DNA of 56,180 nt, from the IMG/VR virus record IMGVR_UViG_3300028595_000015, positions 1 to 56,180 of that record; one strand, written 5' to 3'. Position 1 is the first letter of the stretch. Each line of letters begins with the position of its first letter. This stretch comes from a virus. Taxonomy: Duplodnaviria > Caudoviricetes. Under the pieces are notes generated by a model that saw nothing but the letters and a program-made list of their open reading frames with translations, did not search any database and had not been told where the DNA came from. Shown here piece by piece: positions 56,180 through 56,180 of this stretch. A program made the position numbers and the translations under genes.

Positions 56180-56180
56180 T

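Noticed and set aside
1-56180. Stop-codon reassignment, lysogeny module, diversity-generating retroelement or introns
   Set aside because: Long genes are intact in the standard code with TAA, TAG and TGA all used as stops; I recognise no integrase, CI-like repressor or reverse transcriptase motif, and no split core gene

Overview
Apparently complete or near-complete ~56 kb AT-rich tailed-phage (siphovirus-type) genome; every credible gene is on the + strand. The left half (~185-27970) is packaging and morphogenesis: HNH, terminase, portal, a protease-major capsid fusion, tail, tape measure, Dit/Tal, a Gly-rich/FN3 adhesin and a holin. I see no endolysin, integrase or tRNA. The right half carries small accessory genes, four paralogous replication-region proteins, a helicase-primase-PolB fusion, a probable SSB, an SF2 helicase, an iteron-rich probable origin, two nucleases and a 989-aa protein with the motifs of a single-subunit two-barrel (DxDGD) RNA polymerase plus HTH domains. 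The most striking feature is a candidate phage-private transcription system with three parts. (i) A 29-bp motif occurs 13 times; 12 copies head stand-alone motif-RBS-ORF-terminator cassettes, mostly encoding small membrane proteins. (ii) The RNAP shares an N-terminal (L/I)xH-(H/Y)G...WG...YQ tag with four small head-region proteins. (iii) (L/I)xH-(S/G/A) sites also punctuate the protease-capsid polyprotein, suggesting capsid loading and proteolytic maturation. Other unexplained DNA signals are a regularly spaced TCAAAATGG, a TGTTTAnnTAAACA palindrome and a G-U-rich hairpin RNA candidate. All calls are from reading motifs by eye; no searches were run and motif counts are minimums.
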